From Candidatus Thalassarchaeaceae archaeon (GTDB lineage Archaea; Thermoplasmatota; Poseidoniia; Poseidoniales; Thalassarchaeaceae): a stretch of DNA of 43,259 nt. The translations under genes and the position numbers were made by a program. Under the pieces are notes generated by a model. That model ran no database searches. It was given only the letters and a program-made list of their open reading frames with translations, and was not told where the DNA came from. The stretch spans positions 1 to 43,259 of the forward strand of contig JAPYUB010000003.1 in the NCBI GenBank assembly GCA_029942125.1. Reading direction: 5' to 3'. Of this stretch, positions 39,272 to 43,259 are shown in pieces. Position 1 is the first letter of the stretch. Every line of letters begins with the position of its first letter.

Positions 39272-40285
39272 TCAACCTGCCGTCGGGAAGACACCGCCAC
39301 TCTGCGCATGTCCGCTGGGCACAATTGCACCGTGGTCCACCACTACATTCTCAAGAATGCTGTTCTCACCAATACGTGCATTGTGACCGATCATGCAGCC
39401 GGATATTTGGCATCCCGGTTCGAGTATCACATTAGAAAGTAAGGCACTACTTACAACTGTGCTGCCATCAGCAACTTTACTGCCGGAATCCAATGCGCTT
39501 TCAGAGATCGATACATCCGATGCTACTGAGACTGAAGTTCCGAACCAGTTTCCACCTTCTGCTGAATCACCTGTGATCCAGGCTTCGTTTCGAATCGATG
39601 TCTGCATGGCCTCAATGTACGATGCTGGAGTTCCAGCATCCACGAAGTGGCCCTCAAATGGAAAACCCGACAATTCGCCTTCCTCTGCGAGAACCGGAAA
39701 AACCACGCGCTCCATACTGAACGCGCCTTCGGGCATTCGGTCGAATACCTCTGGTTCCAACAGATAGGTTCCCGCGTTGATGAGATTGGAAAAGGCCTCC
39801 TCTCGAGGTGGCTTCTCCTGGAATCGGCGGATTCGGGTACTTTCAGAATCATAGTCAGCGACACCGAAGCGACTTGGATCTTCGACTTCCCACAATGAAA
39901 TCGATGCGAGGGTTTCGGATTCTTTGTGGGCTGCAAGCATCTCATCCACACGAAGGCTGGTGAGAAGATCACCATTGATGACGCAGCATGTCCCTTCACC
40001 CAGATGCGCACGACAGTTGGCTATTGCACCGCCAGTCCCCAAGGGTTCTGTTTCTTCGACGATGATAATTTCGTAAGGCAGGTCGAGACCAGAGAAGTGT
40101 GAGCGCATCTGGTCGATTCCGTAACCAGCGGCGATGAGGACCTTGTCGACCATCCCTTCGGGTAGAATGTCAACTACGTGTTCAATCATCGTTCTGTCGA
40201 GGATTGGGATCAAGGGTTTGGGCGCATGGAGCGTCCACGGGCGCAGACGTGTGCCGAAGCCGCCGGCCAATACGATGACGTTCAT
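39272..40285 (-). CDS. Sugar-phosphate nucleotidyltransferase with C-terminal left-handed beta-helix
   Basis: ATG at 40285 gives MNVIVLAGGFGTRLRPWTLHAPKPLIPI (GxGxR signature). C-terminal hexapeptide-like repeats (IGENSILENVVVDHGAIV). Confidence 0.85.
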   Translation of the reverse strand: MNVIVLAGGFGTRLRPWTLHAPKPLIPILDRTMIEHVVDILPEGMVDKVLIAAGYGIDQMRSHFSGLDLPYEIIIVEETEPLGTGGAIANCRAHLGEGTCCVINGDLLTSLRVDEMLAAHKESETLASISLWEVEDPSRFGVADYDSESTRIRRFQEKPPREEAFSNLINAGTYLLEPEVFDRMPEGAFSMERVVFPVLAEEGELSGFPFEGHFVDAGTPASYIEAMQTSIRNEAWITGDSAEGGNWFGTSVSVASDVSISESALDSGSKVADGSTVVSSALLSNVILEPGCQISGCMIGHNARIGENSILENVVVDHGAIVPSGHAQSGGVFPTAG

Positions 40286-40399
40286 CGCTCCCGCGAGTCG
40301 GACCACCCTCATGTGCCTTGCTCACCGTGGACAGGTCTCACGCGCGCGTGGCGGAGCGTTCAAAGAGCGGCTTCAGGTCGAATGTGTTGAGGGTCGCCG

Positions 40400-41608
40400 G
40401 TGAACATCCACGAGTATCAGGGAAAGCAACTGTTCCGAGATGTGGGGCTCTCCGTTCAGGATGGTATGCACTGCACAAGTGTCGAACAAGCACTGGCCGC
40501 ATACGATGCCTTGGGTGGCGATGTCGTCGCTGTCAAGAGCCAGATTCATGCCGGAGGGCGAGGCAAAGGCAGCCTCTATGACCCTGATAATGGAGATTTG
40601 GTGATGGAAGGTGGAGTCAAGATTGCCTTCAGTCGAGAAGAGGTAGAGAACTATGCTCAAAATATCCTCGGAAATATCCTAGTCACAAAGCAGACTGGGG
40701 CTGATGGGAAGATTGTGAGCAACCTGTATGTCGAAGGCGGTTGTAAAATCGCTCATGAATACTATCTCGCAATTCTCATCGATCGTGAAGAAAAGATGCC
40801 GCTCATTATGGCCTCCTGCGAAGGTGGGATGGACATCGAAGAGGTGGCTGAGAAAACACCTGAGGCGATATTCAGGGTCCATGTCGACCCGTCAGATGGG
40901 TTGCTTCCTGAACAGGCGGAAGGGCTCGCATATTCACTGGGCCTCTCCGGTGCAGCCACCGATTCATTTGTTGAGAACATCACGGGTTTGTTCAATTTCT
41001 TCGTCTCTAACGACTGCGCAATGGTTGAAATCAACCCACTGGTGAGAACTGAAGATGACCGAATCGTTCTATTGGATGCCAAGGTAGGATTTGACGACAA
41101 TGCGTTATTCCGCCACCCAAACATAGTCGAGTTGCGCGACCTCTCAGAGGAAGAACCAACTGAAGTACGAGCAAAGGCAGCTGGATTGTCTTATGTCAAA
41201 CTGGACGGGAACATCGGTTGCTTGGTCAATGGAGCGGGGCTGGCGATGGCCACCATGGATGTCATCAAATTGTATGGGGGTGAGCCTGCAAATTTCCTCG
41301 ATGTTGGAGGTGGCGCCAATGAAGAACAGGTGACAACCGCCTTTGGCATCATCATGGAGGATCCAAACGTCAAAGGAATCCTAGTCAACATCTTTGGTGG
41401 TATCATGCGTTGTGATATCATCGCACGCGGTGTCATTGCTGCGACCCAAGCATTGTCTCTAGAAGATCCACTAGTAGTTCGATTGGTTGGAACCAACTTC
41501 GAAGAAGGGCGTAGGATTCTGGCTGAAAGTGGGCTCAATATCCACACCGCAGAAACCTTGGCTGAAGGAGCTCAGAAGATTGTCGAACTTGTCGGAGGTG
41601 AGCAGTGA
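40400..41608 (+). CDS. sucC: Succinyl-CoA synthetase beta subunit
   Basis: [12 protein letters not shown] (GTG start), ATP-grasp region, [28 protein letters not shown]. Confidence 0.95.
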   Translation: MNIHEYQGKQLFRDVGLSVQDGMHCTSVEQALAAYDALGGDVVAVKSQIHAGGRGKGSLYDPDNGDLVMEGGVKIAFSREEVENYAQNILGNILVTKQTGADGKIVSNLYVEGGCKIAHEYYLAILIDREEKMPLIMASCEGGMDIEEVAEKTPEAIFRVHVDPSDGLLPEQAEGLAYSLGLSGAATDSFVENITGLFNFFVSNDCAMVEINPLVRTEDDRIVLLDAKVGFDDNALFRHPNIVELRDLSEEEPTEVRAKAAGLSYVKLDGNIGCLVNGAGLAMATMDVIKLYGGEPANFLDVGGGANEEQVTTAFGIIMEDPNVKGILVNIFGGIMRCDIIARGVIAATQALSLEDPLVVRLVGTNFEEGRRILAESGLNIHTAETLAEGAQKIVELVGGEQ

Positions 41609-42531
41609 TGGGAATTTGGATTGGAGAAGATGCCAAGGTTCTCGTTCAGGGCATTACCGGCAACCAAGGCACATTCCACGCTACTAAAATGGTGGAATAC
41701 GGCACAGACATTGTCGGCGGTGTCACACCCCGAAAGGGCGGGCAAACGGTTGATTTGGGTGGCATTCAGGCTCCAGTATGGGACACCATGGTGGAAGCCA
41801 TTGAGATCACAGATGCGGATGCCAGTGTCATCTATGTCCCACCACGATTCGCAGGGGCCGCAATCATCGAAGCAGCAGATGCTTTCTCGCAAGTTCGCGG
41901 GCATGGGATAATCGTCTGTATCACTGAAGGCATCCCGACCCTAGACATGGTCAAGGCTGTAGATTATGTTTCAACCATCGACGGGGTTCGTCTAATTGGA
42001 CCCAATTGCCCAGGAATCATCACCCCAGGAGAAAACGGAGGCTCGAAGATTGGCATCATGCCGGGACATATTCACGCCAAAGGGAGAATTGGGGTTGTCT
42101 CCAAGTCTGGCACGCTTACCTACGAGGCCGTCGCGCAGACCATGAGCATCGATGAAGGACAGAGTACCTGTATCGGAATCGGTGGAGATCCGATCAACGG
42201 CACGGGTTTCATCGATTGTCTATCCGCATTTGAGAATGATGAGCAGACCGTCGCTGTCGTCATGATTGGGGAAATTGGAGGAACCGCTGAGGAAGAAGCT
42301 GCAGAGTGGGTCGCTCAGAACATGAGCAAACCAGTGGTTGGATTCGTCGCTGGAATGACCGCACCTCCTGGAAAGAGAATGGGGCATGCTGGCGCCATCA
42401 TCAGTGGTGGTAAGGGCACAGCAGGCGAGAAGGTTGCAGCGATGGAAGCCGCTGGAATCCGTTGTGCCAACGATCCTTCAGAAATCGGTGCTGTTCTGCT
42501 GGAAAGTCTGAAGGCCGCTGGTCTACGTTGA
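41608..42531 (+). CDS. sucD: Succinyl-CoA synthetase alpha subunit
   Basis: [38 protein letters not shown] (catalytic His). The ATG overlaps the sucC TGA, and GGAGGTGA lies upstream. Confidence 0.95.
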   Translation: MGIWIGEDAKVLVQGITGNQGTFHATKMVEYGTDIVGGVTPRKGGQTVDLGGIQAPVWDTMVEAIEITDADASVIYVPPRFAGAAIIEAADAFSQVRGHGIIVCITEGIPTLDMVKAVDYVSTIDGVRLIGPNCPGIITPGENGGSKIGIMPGHIHAKGRIGVVSKSGTLTYEAVAQTMSIDEGQSTCIGIGGDPINGTGFIDCLSAFENDEQTVAVVMIGEIGGTAEEEAAEWVAQNMSKPVVGFVAGMTAPPGKRMGHAGAIISGGKGTAGEKVAAMEAAGIRCANDPSEIGAVLLESLKAAGLR

Positions 42532-42537
42532 TTGAAC

Positions 42538-43131
42538 ATGGACTTGGCTGCACTGGCACCCATTGTCGTTGTGCTCTGTCTAGGCGCGATTTCACCCGGT
42601 CCCTCTTTGGCCGTTCTACTCCGCAATACAATGGAAGGAGGGAAAACACGAGGCGTCGCTTGTGGTTTTGGACACGGCATTGGCTTTGGAATCTATGCGT
42701 TCATCGCCATTACAGGTATCGTTCAACTGAAAGCAAGTTCCAGCGGGGCTGCTGAAGTCTTGGAGATTATTGGAGGATTCTTCCTACTGCTTCTCGCTGT
42801 GCTGATGTTTCGAGGGTCGAGTAGTGAAGTCACGCATCAGTCTTCAGAACGCAGAGGATTTACTGAAGGGTTTCTAATCGCCTTCCTCAACCCAAAAATT
42901 CTCGCCTTCCTACTCGCTGTTTTCAGTCAGTTCGTTCAACCTGACTTCACTTGGGGTGAACGAACAATTGTTGCGTGTATCGCCATGCTCATCGACGGCG
43001 GGTGGTACATTTTTGTCGCACTCATAATCTCTGGGACACCTCTGTTAGGGAAACTTGAGGAGAATTCCCGAAAAGTCGAGTTGACGATGGGATGTCTACT
43101 AGCAGGACTGGGTGTCTGGATCCTGTTGTAA
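42538..43131 (+). CDS. LysE/RhtB-family amino-acid exporter
   Basis: AISPGPSLAVLLRNTMEGG, FLIAFLNPKILAFLLAVF; about 6 TM; ATG at 42538 (track TTG at 42532). Confidence 0.8.
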   Translation: MDLAALAPIVVVLCLGAISPGPSLAVLLRNTMEGGKTRGVACGFGHGIGFGIYAFIAITGIVQLKASSSGAAEVLEIIGGFFLLLLAVLMFRGSSSEVTHQSSERRGFTEGFLIAFLNPKILAFLLAVFSQFVQPDFTWGERTIVACIAMLIDGGWYIFVALIISGTPLLGKLEENSRKVELTMGCLLAGLGVWILL

Positions 43132-43259
43132 TCAACGAGGTGGGCCCTTTCTCTTGGGTGGGCCACCGGGGCCCTTACCTGGAGGACCGCCACCGGGACC
43201 CTTGCTAGGAGGGCCACCACCAGGGCCACGACTTGGAGGGCCGCCACCGGGACCCTTGC
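43132..43259 (-). CDS. 3' end of a gene running off the window: Gly/Pro-rich KGPGGGPP repeat C-terminus
   Basis: The minus-strand frame ending in TGA (plus-strand tca at 43132..43134) is open to the window edge. It reads ..KGPGGGPPSRGPGGGPPSKGPGGGPPGKGPGGPPKRKGPPR*. It is absent from the ORF track, which lists only a shadow frame at 42936..43247. Confidence 0.5.
   Translation of the reverse strand, partial: KGPGGGPPSRGPGGGPPSKGPGGGPPGKGPGGPPKRKGPPR

Noticed and set aside
42936-43247. 103-aa minus-strand ORF from the track (MAALQVVALVVALLARVPVAV...)
   Set aside because: It is a shadow frame of the GC-rich Gly/Pro repeat. It overlaps the well-supported LysE gene by about 200 nt and has implausible composition. 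The adjacent frame, which ends exactly at the LysE stop, gives a clean repeat protein.

Overview
Compact archaeal chromosomal segment with about 45 protein genes, one tRNA and very short intergenic spacers. Several convergent gene pairs abut or overlap at their stop codons. The information-processing genes are archaeal: aIF2-gamma, S6e, L10e, L40e, Orc1/Cdc6, TFB, Dph2, an archaeal-type TIM and a class III signal-peptide pilin. They are mixed with bacterial-type genes: MutS-MutL, class II HMG-CoA reductase, long PurA, SucCD and smc-scpA-scpB. Gene content and the very acidic proteins suggest a marine planktonic euryarchaeon of the Thermoplasmatota / Marine Group II kind; this is inference only. 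I saw no CRISPR array, transposase, integrase or rRNA. The points most worth a second look are: (1) a 303-bp AT-rich intergenic region carrying a phased array of GCGTTA(AC) repeats, upstream of an operon led by a degenerate P-loop/winged-helix protein; (2) a TGTAC-N4-GTACA palindrome shared between that region and the leader of a glutamate-synthase-like operon; (3) that operon itself, which has three translationally coupled genes, permuted domains, one degenerate FMN-barrel paralogue and no small subunit; (4) recurrent GC-rich xTA-loop palindromes just upstream of plus-strand genes; (5) a zinc-ribbon / PrsW / DUF92 / giant membrane protein cluster whose last gene has a cysteine-less thioredoxin fold, preceded by a k-turn (C/D-box-like) RNA candidate; (6) an aquaporin-like protein with both NPA boxes degenerate; (7) two genes missing from the ORF track, L40e and a partial Gly/Pro-repeat gene at the 3' edge. 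All homology calls come from reading the translations, with no database search. Several start codons were moved from the ORF-track TTG/GTG to internal ATGs on motif grounds and remain uncertain.
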